From Felis catus (lineage: Eukaryota): DNA of 64,000 nucleotides. Of the stretch, positions 12,560-24,818 are shown in pieces; the first letter of the stretch is position 1, and each line of letters starts with the position of its first letter. The DNA is taken from NCBI RefSeq assembly GCF_018350175.1, contig NC_058382.1, forward strand, positions 59,832,001-59,896,000, written 5' to 3'. The notes under the pieces are model-generated. The model searched no databases, had not been told where the DNA came from, and saw nothing but the letters and a program-made list of their open reading frames with translations. Both the position numbers and the translations under genes were made by a program.

Positions 12560-12800
12560 CCTCCGGACTTCGCCTCCTTGTTTCTGACCTGCGAAGCCTC
12601 CCCTGTCCCTGGGCCTTTGCACCTGCTGTTCCGTCATCCTGGAACTCTTCCCCTGGCCGCGCCCCCCCCCCCCGGTCACCTGCAGCTCGGGGATGCCCGT
12701 GTCCACCCCAGAATGCTGCTGCCGCCTGCCGCTCTGAGGTTCTGTCCAGGCCAGTCGTCGCCATCAAAAGTGCTATCTCCTCAGGGCAGGGCCCGCCCTG
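12560..12800 (+). mobile_element. L2 LINE fragment
   Basis: gggcctttgcacctgctgttccgtcatcctggaactcttccc is a typical L2 motif. Confidence 0.65.
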
Positions 12801-13560
12801 TGCTTTGAGTCCCTGGTGCCAGCCTGTGGTCGTTGAGGTCACCAGAGCTGCTCGTCCTGGTCAGGGGGAGGCTGGTGGTCTGTGGGGGGCACTTGTGTGC
12901 CTGGAGTGTGTCTGTACCCCTTCCGTCTTAGCTGTTCCGGGAGGGTGGCTTTCTAGAGTTCTGTTTTCATAGCAAAGAGTTTCTTTTACTCCAACAGGAG
13001 CTCCCTAATGCAAGTTGAGAGGCGGCCTGGGTGCTGTGGGGGAGTGGGGAGCGGGCGTCACCGGGTCCTGCCCTCCCGCGCACATCGTGTCCCCACCTGC
13101 CGGCCCAGCCCAGCCCTCTTGTCCTCAGCTCCTGCCCAAGAGACGTACTTTCAACACCGCAATGAAAACAGCTTGGGGAGCCGGGGCGTGAGCTTGCTTC
13201 TAAGGGCAGAATCGTGAAACTAGCTAATGGGGCTGGTGGCATCGAAAACCGCTGGGCTGTCCCCTCCGGGCAGTGGAGCGTTGTGGTGTACAAGCTATAT
13301 CTTGTCAGTGCTACAAAACCCACAAAATACCCGCTAACAAGAACCACCAGGCTGTGCGCCGTTTTCCTGACCCTCTGGAGAGATCCTTCGAGGATCCTTA
13401 TTCTGTCCCTTCTTATGGATGAGGGAAACTGAGGTCAAGAAGCCAGACCCGGTCATCCTAGGAAGCCGGGGCGCTGGGGGCGTACGGCGGGGTCAGGACC
13501 ACTTCCTGGGGTGAACCTGGCCTGGGTTGGAGGTTCACGAAGGGCAGAGCGCTCACGCCC

Positions 13561-13894
13561 TGTAGCAGGTGGGACGGTGGGCCTCAGACTGTACCCTTAT
13601 TTGGAATAAAGGAACGTGACTGCGGCTGTAATTAAGGTAAGGATCGCCAGATGAGGTCATCCTAGATGACGTGGGCCCTGAACGCAGTGACAGGTGTCCT
13701 TAGGGAGAGACGGGAAGGCCAGGGAGAATGGAAGCCCAGATGGGAGTGGCATGTCTGTGTACAAGGACCCAGGTCTACAAGCACCGAGGATTACAGCAAC
13801 ACCGGAGTCCCCCAGCAGCCCTGCGGCACCGTGGTTCTGACTTCGGGCCCCCAGAGCTGGGAGAGAACACTGCTGTTCTCCCCAGGACATTGAC
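13561..13894 (+). mobile_element. MaLR MLT1-family solo LTR
   Basis: Starts TG; contains cccttatttggaataaagg...gtaattaaggtaaggatc...gatgaggtcatcctagat...gtgacaggtgtcctt and gacttcgggcccccagagctgggagagaa. Confidence 0.8.
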
Positions 13895-15654
13895 ACGGCC
13901 TCCAGCCCACCCACCCCCACGCGGGGCAGGGTCTCAGTGTCCGGCAAAGGCCACTCCTGACCCCAGGTCTCCTCAGCCCTGTCCCCAGACCGCCGGCAGC
14001 CGGAGCGTTGGTGGCTGGACGTCCGTCTCCGACAACACTCCTTGACCCCCGTTGGTGTCTGGCTGCCTTTGTGAGTCAGCCTTGCTCGACCCGGCTGGTG
14101 CACCGGGCACTATTTCCTTCATTAGTTTGCATTTTTCTCTTCGAGGATCTTTTTAATAGGAAAAAAAAATGGGGGTAGGGAGAGATGTGGCAGAAGAGAA
14201 GCCCGCTGTTGTGTCTTGATCTAGAATGTTCTCTGGCTTTGCAGGCTGCCCCAGTATCTGACCAGGTGACATCTGCTTTGCAGAGACCCCGGCGGGGTTC
14301 AGGCTCTAGAGACCTCCCCCTGCCCCAGATCCTGGCTCCGGCAGAAAACCCCCTTAAAATAACTGCAGCGAGGGGCGCTTTGCTTTCAGATTATACCATC
14401 TGGCTCCGAGTTCGTGTTTGACTTGAGTAGCTCTTAAAAATCCCGATCCCCCACGCTGCTGGCACACCTGAGAACTCCCAGCCTGTCTGCTGGGCTTCAG
14501 GGCTGGTGGCCCACATGATGCAGTGACACGGCACGTGTGACAAATGGTGGACCGCCAGTGCCCAGGGTGGCATGTTTCCCGTGGGGCGCAGGGCTGGGGG
14601 CCCTGGCTCAGGCTCCCAGCTCCCAGAAGAGCCCCAGGGCTGTGTTTGGCAGCCCCGGACAGAGCGCCTGCCCCTGCCCCCCGACAAGGTGGCTCCTCCC
14701 CCCGGGAAGGAGGGACCTCTGGGGGAAGGTTTCTCTGTTGGACCAGGGGGACTCGGGCTGCTATAAATCGAATTACGTGATGACTTCCCTCCACCCCGCG
14801 TGTTCCTGCAGGCGTGGCCCCCCACGCTGGGTGCCTGCCTTCCATACACCGCCCTGCTGCGCCCCCTGCACCCCCTGGCCCCAGAGGCGGGTCCCCAGAA
14901 CTAACAGGGCTTATCGGCAGCACCTTGACAGTGTATCCTCATGGGCGGTTTGTATTCTCTGTCTCAGGGAAGCTCCCCCACCCCACCTTCTAGGTTTGAG
15001 GGAACACCAGCCCCTCGTGTGCCCCCAGCTGGCAGCCTAATGGGGACTGAGGTACAGCAGGGAGCACTGGGTCAGCCTTGCTGACTCCACGGGGCTGGGG
15101 GACCTGAGGGTTTGTCTCCAAGTGATGCCGATGCTCCAGGTCCCGGGACCCCGCTGCGGGCAGCACAGGTGAGTGCTGGCCTCTGGCTGGTGTGTCCCAT
15201 CCTGGCGGGGGCCGGGCACAGGCAGGGCGATTGGTTCCTTTAGACGGGCGTCTACAGTGTGTTTGGGACCGTCAGACGTGGCTAGGGTTCCCCACGAGCT
15301 TCTGTCGGGGAGGAAACGCATACCCGCACGCCCAGGGAAGGTGCCTAGTTCTCAGCTTGTCTGAGGACTCTGATGGCTGGTCGGGGTGGCCGAACACAGG
15401 GTTCCCGGACTGTGGCCAGAAGCCCCTGGGCAGAGTGTAGTCCGGGACTGCTGGGAGATGCCTGCCCTGGGTGGGGGGAGCAGCCCCGGCCTGAATCCTA
15501 ATTTGCTTTCGAGGTTGCCCATGTGGTTCCTGTAATCAGCCTCGGGGTTACGCCAGGAAGGGATGTTCCCCTGTAGATGGGAGGGACCCCACGCGAGGAC
15601 CCAGGACCGCCACAACCCGGGGCCCCTCTGACCGAAGCAGCTTGCTCCTATGTC

Positions 15655-15835
15655 TTTCATGTTTGTTTATTTTGAGAGAGAGCACCAGCAGGGGAGGGGC
15701 AGAGAGTGCGGAGCAGGCTCCACACTGTCACCCAGAGCGTGATGGGGGGGCTCGTTCCATCTCACGAACCTGAGATCGTGACCTGAGCCCAGGTCGAGAG
15801 GCAGACGCTCAATGGATGAGCCACCCAGGCACCCC
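15655..15835 (-). mobile_element. Can-SINE (older, diverged copy)
   Basis: tttatttgagagag...gagatcgtgacctgagcccaggtcgagaggcagacgctcaatggatgagccacccaggcacccc. Confidence 0.9.
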
Positions 15836-16528
15836 CTCCCTGCCAGCCCCTTGGGTGGGCCTGGCCCCTGGTAGCGGGGTCAGCTCTGCGCCTAGAGGTC
15901 CACGGGCCCCGGCCGGGGGCAGGGGTGGGGCATCCTGAGGGCAGCAGGGAAGGGGCTGGGAGAGGGAGCAGGGCTGACTCGAAGCTATAGCCCCCTCCCC
16001 GCAGCTGGGTGGGGCTGCCGTCCAGGGCTCCCTGCTGCTTTAGTGCTGGGGTCTCCGCGGTCCCCCGCGGGGAAGCTGGGGTCTGCAGGGGCTTGGGGAC
16101 AGAGGCAGGGGGTCAGGCCCTGAGCCCAGGCCTGTAACCCACACCCAGGACTCCCTGTGCTGGTCTCTGGGGAGGCCCCATCTTCCCGGCACCCCTGACT
16201 GACCGTGGATGGAGTCCCGGTCTCCGGGGCAGCTTGGCCTTTCCCGAGCTGGGTTCCTGTGATTCTGCAGGTTGGTGGGGCCTGAGAACCCGCGTTTCTA
16301 ACCAGCTCCCGGGTGGTGCCGTGACTGCTCTCACTTGAAAACGCTCAAGCCAGCCCAGCCCCGGGGCGGTGGTGGGGCACGGGCACACGCGGGGTGCCCT
16401 GAGCACCGGCTCCTGCCCCTCCCCGGATGGGAACGTGGGGTGGGGCGGGGGCTGCGCGGAGTGGGGCCTTCTGGGAGGGAGGTGTGTCCTCGGCCGCGGG
16501 AGGAGCCTCCTCACCGCTGGGCGGAAGA

Positions 16529-16572
16529 CCCAGTGGTCTGGGCCGGACGGCCCAGTGGTCTGGGCCGGAAGG
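16529..16572. repeat. 22-bp tandem duplication (cccagtggtctgggccggaNgg x2)
   Basis: Two adjacent copies differing at one position. Confidence 0.85.
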
Positions 16573-16759
16573 CAGCTCCCGGCAGGTTAGTGTCCGTAGA
16601 CACAGGATAATGGCACCAGCGTGCCCCCCCCAGGAAGTAATGGTTCTGTAAGTGTCCACGCCTGCATCCTGGCTTTGACCTGCCAGCGCCTGCTCGCGGC
16701 TCTGCCAGGGCCCCACGCGGGGCGGGCTGCACACAGGTTCTGCTCCACGACCCGGGTAG

Positions 16760-17030
16760 AGCGAAGGCGTCTCCTGCCGCCGGGCCACGGGCTGAACAGT
16801 GACCCGCACACACGTGAGCTGTGGAGCGTGCGTGGCCCGGACCCTGAACCTGAGCTGGGTGCCCGTGTGGCGCAGGACCCTGCTCACGGGAGGGGGTGAC
16901 TGCTGACGGGGACGGGGGTTCTTGGGGGAGTGGAGATGTTCCAGAACTAGTGGTGGTGGCCACACAGCCCTCTGAATGCGCTACAGGCCCCAGATCGTAA
17001 GAGGGTGAACTGTGTGGTACAAGAAACCGG
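16760..17030 (+). mobile_element. Old L1 (L1MB-like) 3' UTR fragment
   Basis: gggggtgactgctgacggggacgggggttcttgggggagtggagatgttccagaactagtggtggtgg...gggtgaactgtgtggta. Confidence 0.55.
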
Positions 17031-17479
17031 GGGCCGGTGACAGTTACAGTGTCCGGATGCCATCTCCACGTGAGCTGTCCGGGTCGCCTCTGGGGGGTCG
17101 GGGGTCCGCCTCGCAGATTGCTGGGCAGGAAGGCTGTGTAAGCTCGAGGGCAAGGCCAGTGTCCTCTCTGTCCACAGGCTGTGGGGGTATCACGCACGCG
17201 GACACCCCCAGTGGGAGGGGAAGGTGTGGCGCTGGGCAGGTGCCCTAGTGTCGCAGAGGTGTCCTCTGCACTGAGGCCAGGCTCCCCACGATTGCCTTGA
17301 GGCTTTCGGGGGGTCACTGGAGAGGAGGGACTGGGTAGCCCGGCAGCCTGCCTTCCTAAATGTGCCCCAAGCGTGTCTCCACTTGTGAAAGACGCTCCTT
17401 CACGTGGCCCAGGACCGCGTGTTGCACCACTTTAAGCTACAGCCCTATAGTAGCGCCCCTGGGCCATGCCCCTGGCCCG

Positions 17480-17792
17480 AAGCAGTGTCCTGGGGCTGCC
17501 CTGACAAAGGATCATAAGCAGGAGCCACATTCCCTCGGAAGGCTCCAGGGGAGGGTCCTTCCCGCCTCTTCCAGCGTCTGGTGGCCCCACCCCTCCATCT
17601 CTGCCCCCGTGGCTGCCTCTACTGTGTCTGTGTCCCCTCGACTTGTAAGGACACCAGTCATGGGATTTAGGCCCTCCCACAACTAAGTACTGAACTAAGT
17701 ACATCTCAAAGACCCCACTTCCAGATAAAGTCAAGGTCCCAGGTCCCAGACGGATGTGAATTTGAGGGCGGGGGATGCTGTTCATCCCCTAC
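17480..17792 (-). mobile_element. MaLR MLT1-family solo LTR
   Basis: gaaggctccaggggagggtccttcccgcctcttccagc...tgtaaggacaccagtcatgggatttaggccc...aagaccccacttccagataaagtca; ends in CA on the + strand. Confidence 0.8.
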
Positions 17793-20700
17793 AAAGCCCT
17801 TTCCAAAGCAGATGTCCTGGGAAGGTGGTAGTCTGAGTCACTTATCAGAGACTCCTGGCACCTTTCTGAGCTGGAAGAGAACTTGTGTCATCAGGCCAGA
17901 CCAGTGAAGCATGCGAAAGCCCGGACCTCTGTGCCTCAGTTTCCTCCTCTGTCACAGATGTGAAAACAAGTAATCTGTGGAAGATCCCTGACCCCAGGCC
18001 AGGGTGTCTGCCAGATGGGAACGAATCAAGGGCTGGCGAAGGGAGAGTCCCTCCCACACGGGGCCCCTTGGCCCACCTGTGCACGCTCAGCAAGGACCCT
18101 CCCTGGGTGCCCCTTGGTCCCACCAGAGACCCTCAGTTACCAGCACTGGTGACAGCTGGGTGCCCAGCAGCTATGTCCCACGGGGACCTAAGCGCTGAGG
18201 CCTACGTTTCGAGTAGACCTGCCCTCGGGTAACCAGGAACGGGGTGCTGTGAAGATGGGCAAATTCTGATTTGGGTGGGAGGGTCTGGCGAGGCTGGAGA
18301 CCTGAGGGCAGGGGAGCCGATCACAGGGTGACACAGGCCCACCTCTCCGGGTCTGGGGTGGCACTGGGGTGGGAGGCCCCCATTCCAGGGTGTGGGAGGG
18401 GGCCGCTGTCTGTGGGGTCTGGATCGGGTGCAGGGGCCCAGAAGACGGGGGGCCGTCCGGGAGGGCTGGATGCGGAAGGCAGACAGGGGTGCGGACTGTG
18501 GTCGGGGGCAGCTGGAGGGCTCTAGCCTTGGGCGCGGTGGTCCTGAGCTGGGACCAACAACGTAGATTTCCGGGCCCAGACCCTCCGAGGCCGACAATCT
18601 GGGGCAGTCAGGCTGTCTGGCTGTGTCATGCCTCACAAAGGACCAATTTCCCAATACGGTCACATTTGCAGGTTGTGGACGGACGGGGGTGGGGGTGGGA
18701 AGCCAGTCCAGTCCAGGGGCTAGCGGTGGAACTGGTTGGGACGGTCACGGGCTGGTCCCCCTACGTCACTTCACCGTCCTTTGCCGCCTTGTCTTAAGCA
18801 GCCCCTGAGGCTGCCTACCCCGCGTCCCCCCCCACCCCAATGTCCCTCCTGCACTGCCTATCCCGAGTCCCGTCTGCGCGGTCTGCCCCACGCCTTTCCC
18901 GTGCGGTCAACGCGAGGTGGTGTCGCGCGTTGGGAGGGGACCTCGCTTCCTTCCCACCTGCTCTCCAGGTCCCTGACCTGCTTGTCGGGGTGGGGGCCTG
19001 GGGCGTCGCTCTCACTACTCCCCCTGAGACAGACTGGCCAGCCCAGCCCCGAGGGTCACAGGGAAGATCGAGCCTCATGATGCACTGGGAGGTCTTCTCT
19101 ATTAAACGCGCTCACTCTTCTCGATTCGATTTTATTTTAGGGCTGGCACGGCTGATTCTTCTTCTATATGTGTGAACGTATATATGTAAATACACGTACA
19201 GTGTTGGTGAATTAACGTTTGTGGTATTTTTACTGAGCGGAGAGGTGGAAACCAAACAGCGGCCCCTCCAGGGCTGCCGTGTGCTGGGCCGGGGACGCAA
19301 CGTGTCCTCCTCTCCGGGAGTGTGCCCGCCACGGGAGGGTCAGAGGTGGGGGCGAGGCCCTGTCCACAGGGTCACGGGGCCGCACCCCACCATGCTGGCC
19401 TGGAGGTCGGGCGTCCACGGGGCAGTCTGAAAGTAGTGACAGGCTCTCACCGTCCACTAGGGCTCAGGCCACAGGAGTGAGGCGTGGACACTGCCCGCAG
19501 ATGCTATGTCCACCGGCCCTGCCTGGAGGCACACTGGTCTCACCGGGAGGTGGGGAGGGGGGCGACTTGACTTCCCAAGGTCTGGGACAGGAACCGAAGA
19601 GAGCAGCAGTCTTGTTGGCTTTTCAGACAAGCCCCCGCGCCCCCCGGCCTGGGAGAGGCTGCTGTGGCCAGGCCGCATGTCCACTGGGGACACAGGACCC
19701 GAGGTGGTGGCACCCACGTTTACACACGCCTCGCCGGGGCACGTGTGTGCAGAAACGCTTACAAACAATGCCCCATTAGCCCGACTCTTGGGGGTATTTA
19801 AGTGGAGTCCTTCGAGCAGGACTCCGCTCCTCGGAATGAGGGGCCCCCAAACTCGCTGCTTTAAGCAACGCAAAACCTCACTCTTGTTTTCTTGTGACCT
19901 CAGCCTGTGAGCCGTCTCGTCCAATCCATCAGGCTGTGCTTGGCTGTAGCTCCGAAGGCTCTAACCTCCTCCTCGACCACCATCTGTAGCTGCCCATTAC
20001 CTCCCGTGGCCTTTCCTCTAGTGGCCACACTCGGTAACCCGTTTCTGCTGGGTGGCTGGTCCCATCTGTGGGTCCCGAGCTGTGTGGGCTCCACGACCAC
20101 CCACATTTGTCTGGTCGGCAACAGTAACTGTTAGGAATGGAGAGTAGCAAGTCGGAGAGGACGTTCCCACGTTCTCGGCGAGGAGTCTGGGCAGGGGGTG
20201 TGTGCCTGCCCTAAGGTCCAAGTTCAACTTGGAGGAAGAGGAAGAGCTACTGTGGAATAGCACGGAGCCCGGTTCCAGACTCTCGCTGCTGGTCTTTGGG
20301 TCCTTCCAGCCCCTTCTGGTTGTTTGGCCGAACTCTTTGTGGGGCCCCAGCAACCTAAACCTGTGAGGCTGAGAAACTTCTTCCAGGTCCCAAGCCTGGC
20401 CCTTGCTGAGCCACGGGTTTTTGTCTGACGTGTGCCCCAGATGGCATCCTTGCGGTTCCCTGCTTGCCTTGGCCTCCAGGGAGCTCCAGCCCTCAGGTAC
20501 GTACTGTGTGTTACTGTCAGCTCAGCTGCTCTCCTTTGTTCGGGCTCCTTGTGCCCAAACCCATCTGTCGGCCTTTTACTAGAAGGTACCGGGGGCCAGG
20601 CCCGGTGAGCGGTATCACGGTCCCTGGGACTGCAGCCACGAATAGGCCCGGCCATTGTCCTCAGTCTTTCCAAACTTCACTGTGCCTCCCGGTGGGTCTG

Positions 20701-21094
20701 GGAGCCCCTGTGTCCGTCACATGACTGTCTCTGGGGCTCGGTTTACAGGCCCCATAACATACTCCCTTTTCAGCATTGTCACAGGTGGCAGCCTGCCATG
20801 CACCCGAGGGCCAGGCCTTCCCAGGCTTGTTGCGCGAGGGTGTCTGAGAGGCGAGGGTGGTCGTCGTCTGCTCGGGTCCCACAATTCACGCTCCTTTGCC
20901 AGACGATGACCCCAGGTCCCAGGATAAGGGCCACACCCAGTGTCGCATGCAGCAGCCACAAGCCGTCAGGCCGAGACCATGGCGGGTGCTTTGTCCACAG
21001 CAGCAGGTGGCTGAGAACTGCCCACGCTGGGGCAAGGTGGGGGCGGGAGTGACAGAAGGGCCGTGCCTGTGCTCCGTGTGACAGACACGGACCC

Positions 21095-21435
21095 CGCTGT
21101 GATGGACGCGTCCTGGAGCCAGGCGGAAATGGTGGATACACAGCTCAGTGAACACAGTGCCCCAGCTGTGCACTTGTGTTTCGTCATGTGAACTTCACTT
21201 CAGTTAAAATAAGTTACAGAACAGTTGGGTGGGGAGCACCCAGAGCAGGTCCACCCGGTGAGGGGGAAGTGGTGTGGTGGGTACCTCGGGCTGTGGGGAG
21301 GGGGTGACTGATGATGAAGGACACGGGGTCTCGGGGCGCTGAAGGTGTCCTAAAAATGACCGTAAAGACGCTGAAAACCACTGCATCGTAGGTCTTACAC
21401 GGGTGAACGGTGTGGTTGGAGTTACAGCTTAATGA
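21095..21435 (+). mobile_element. Old L1 3' UTR fragments (two adjacent pieces)
   Basis: catgtgaacttcacttcagttaaaat and gggggtgactgatgatgaaggacacggggtctc...gggtgaacggtgtggttggagttacagcttaat are L1M 3' end motifs. Confidence 0.5.
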
Positions 21436-23223
21436 CATGGTCATTATCCCAGATCAGCCTGTGGAACATTCTGTGGAAAAGCTGTATCCTTTCCCCAGAG
21501 CCAGGCTCAGGGGCTGCTCTGCTTCCAGGGCGGGGGGCGTCGAGAACACTCCATCGGCAAGAGCGCCTCTCTCTCCCAGGGCCGGGCCTCCTCTCTCCGT
21601 CTGTGTTGAGGTGCCATTATCTGTTTCAGGGGACACGGGGGCCCATGTGAAGGCCCCATGTCAGGGTTGCTGGGCAGCGTGTGGCAGAAACGGCTTCTCT
21701 GGGGCTTCTGGAAGCCCCTGGCATGTGGGGAACAGGTCCCCAGGTAGCAGTGATCGTTTGTCAACTCATCTGTTACTGATAACAGGCTGCCTGTCCTGGG
21801 GACAGGCCACGGTGTGTTGATTTCTCTGGGGTTGGGAAGCAGTGCCCCGGAGCCAGGACACGAGGCAGGTGAGACGCGTGGACCCCTGGTGTTATCCTGC
21901 CCTGTTTTACAAGGGAAGAGGGTCTCCTTTGGGATCGGCCGCCGAGACCCCGTGGAGGCCTGAGTCGGAGCCACTGGGACGGCTGGGTGGGAAGGTCCTG
22001 CTCACAGCTACAAGGTGCTGTCCTCAGGCTCAGCTGGGGGCCCACCCCGCACCTGCAACCACGCTGGGCTGTGGCATCATTGTCTGGTGTGGGCTGTCAG
22101 CACGTGTGTGTGCATGGAAGGTTCACGCACCTGAGTGCAAACCCCCTTTGCTGGAGTCCCCACGTCGGGCCTGTGCGTAGGGGATGAAATCAGTGCTGCC
22201 TGAGTCCGTTTGACTCCCCGGGCAATACAGCTCCTCCACAGAAGGGCCGTGCCTGTGCTCCACATGACGGTCACCCCCAAGTTTAGAGCTGATGGGAGCT
22301 GAGCCTCCCCTCTGGGTGGAGCCTGTGGGAAACCAGCTCTCTCTCAGCAGCTGGAAACCATGATTCATACAGACGTAGAGAAGTTTCTCAAACTCTCTGA
22401 TCTGGTCTCTTCCACACATAGAGGGCTAGTGATTGTGCTTCCAGAAGATGCCAGGGGAGGGCTGGGACGATGGGCTGCGGCGACTGCCGAAGGTCAGGGT
22501 GGCCCCGGGGCCTGCCACGGTACACCCAGCCTCGGCTCCTCAGGGCTCCCTCCGCAGAGCCCAGAAGGTGCCGGTGATGGGAAGAGGGAGGCCAGGTGCA
22601 CGCAGGGCCGGGCGGTGGGGCAGCAGCGTGTGGGGGCTTCTCTGGCGGCTACCAGGTTGGTGCTGTCTTGGGAGGCAGGTCTGGCTCTGACGCGGTCTCC
22701 AGAATGGCCAGCCGGTGCCCTCCCTGGGCCCGGAGCCAGGCCTGGGGAAGGGGAAGGTGTGCTTTGTTCTTTCTGCCCTCCGACCTGCTCCTGACGGCCG
22801 CCTGGCCCTGCCCCCGAGCCCGGCCAGCCAGTCGCTCAGCCCACACGTGTGGCTGGGCACAACTCTCCCCCGATTCCTTCCCGGGCAGCCCGGCATTCGC
22901 CAAGCTGCTGCTGCTCTCTGGAGGCCCAGAGCCGAGTCGGCTGTGCGCTCGTGTCCCTATCTAGGATGCAGACACGACGCAGGGAAGGAGGGGAGCTTCC
23001 CGCAGCAGGTCCCGGGGCTCATGCAGGCTGACTGCTGCTTCAGGCCAGGCCCTGCCCTCGCCGGGATGTGCTCTGTGCCCGAAGGCGCCGGCAGGCACTC
23101 AGGCCCGGCCACACGGGGGGCAGTGTTTGCTGAGTAAACGAACGAATACGTGAGATCGGAGGCCACGGCCCTCCCCGTCTTGCGTCTGGAGCCCTTACCG
23201 CCCTCCCTGCCTCTCCCCGCCAG

Positions 23224-23348
23224 GACGTCGCACTCCCGGGCCAAGGCTGAGGCCGCCCTCACCGCAGCGCAGAAGGCCCAGGAGGAGGCGCGCGTCGCCA
23301 GGATCACTGCCAAAGAGTTCTCCCCTTCCTTCCAGCACCGGGAAAACG
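23224..23348 (+). CDS. JPH3: Junctophilin-3, coding exon 3 (alpha-helical region)
   Basis: Acceptor cag|G and donor G|gtgagt; 125 bp; encodes (R)TSHSRAKAEAALTAAQKAQEEARVARITAKEFSPSFQHREN(G), recognisable JPH3 sequence. Confidence 0.97.
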
Positions 23349-24818
23349 GTGAGTGCGCGTCCTCCGAGGGGCATAGGTGTGGGGCCGCGGCACACGCCTC
23401 AGACGTGCCTGTCAGGGTGTGAGGCTTCTGCACGTTCTGCCTCCGCGTCTCGGTGCGCTACTGCTGCCTTCCCCGGAGGTCACCGTCTGCCTGTTCTCCC
23501 TGCCCTCCCCACTCCCCACTCCTGTTGTTCTAGAACTTTCTTCTGGAACCTACTCGGTCCGACCAGGTGGCTGCTAGGAAGGTAGGCGCGTTGCTAGGGC
23601 AGTTGAGGAAGTAGGGCTTCAGTATTAATGAGCTGTGAACCACCCCATGTGACCAGTGGGGGCGGGTCGAGGCTGACGGAGGGGCTCTAGAACAGTGAAA
23701 GGAGCTCCCACCCTGTCCTCTAGGAGAAGCTGGAAGTCACTGCGCATCAGCCAGACGCGTGACCTTCTCCGTCCCTCGGGAAGCCGGCAGCCTCCCTCTG
23801 CTGTGTGGAGTCCACAGGGCCTGGTGTCTGGGCTCGCCCGGCCCCTGGGCTTAGAGGTGCGGGACCTTTGCCCTGAGGACACCCTGAATGCAGGCAGGGC
23901 AGGGCCTCGATCACTGCGTTCTGTGCTAGGGTGCTCTAGGGACCCCCATGCAGGCGTTAGCTCTCAGTGTGGTGCTTCAGAACCCTGCACTTGAGCGGTG
24001 CACTGTGGCCCCAGCCCTGTGTGCCCGGCCACAGAGGCATTTCCTGGCCACACTGTCACCTGATGGATGGGGTATGCACAGACTAGGGGGTGGGGGCTGA
24101 CTCCATACCCCAGTGCTCACAGGTCTGAGGACCCCCGACCCTGCCTCCAGGACCACGTAGGGCCTCCCTTGGTCACCCTCTGTGGAGGAGACACCCTTTC
24201 AGGTGGCTGCAGCTCTGCCTTGTTCTGCCCGCTGGCCCCACCTCAAAATCCCCAGAAAGGAGACTGGGGCCACTGTGCCTGCGGCCGACAGCATGGGGAC
24301 TGGGCCCAGCCCCACCAGACCGTGGGGGGCTGTGTGTCCTGTGGCCCCTCCCGCCCAGGCTCAGAGACTCTGGCACGGAGTTGGAGAGAGGACCACTCCT
24401 GTCACGCTGCACCCAGGGAGGCCGTGAGGCCCTGGAGAAGGTCACCTAGCGCGAGAGGCTTCCTTCCACCTTCGGGAGGGAGCTGTCGGAGGTGCGGCCT
24501 AAGCCTGGAGCGGGCCGGCCTCGCCCGTGCCTGGCACCCTTGCCTGCTGAGCCTTGGGTCTCTCCTGTAGCCAGGGGGCAGGACCGGAACCTCTGCCTGC
24601 CACTGCCCCTCCAGACCTGGTCACCCTCCCGGTGGGTGTCGGGTCGGGGGCTCCCAGATCTGCGGCACCCACCCCCCAGTGGAGAGTGCCCCGTTGCCTG
24701 TCCCCCTGGACCCAGGCCCCGTCTTGCTCCCCCGCAGCCCTCTGGTGAGGTCAGGCCTCACGAGGCACAGAGGGTCCGAGTAACCCAACCTCTGTGTGCT
24801 TCCTGCCCCCACATAAAG

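Noticed and set aside
19804..19825. Hairpin GGAGTCCT-tcgagc-AGGACTCC
   Set aside because: An 8-bp stem is expected by chance in 64 kb, and there is no miRNA- or snoRNA-like context.
1..23223. HDL2-type CTG/CAG repeat of JPH3
   Set aside because: No such repeat is seen. In human it lies just after exon 1, which is upstream of this window.
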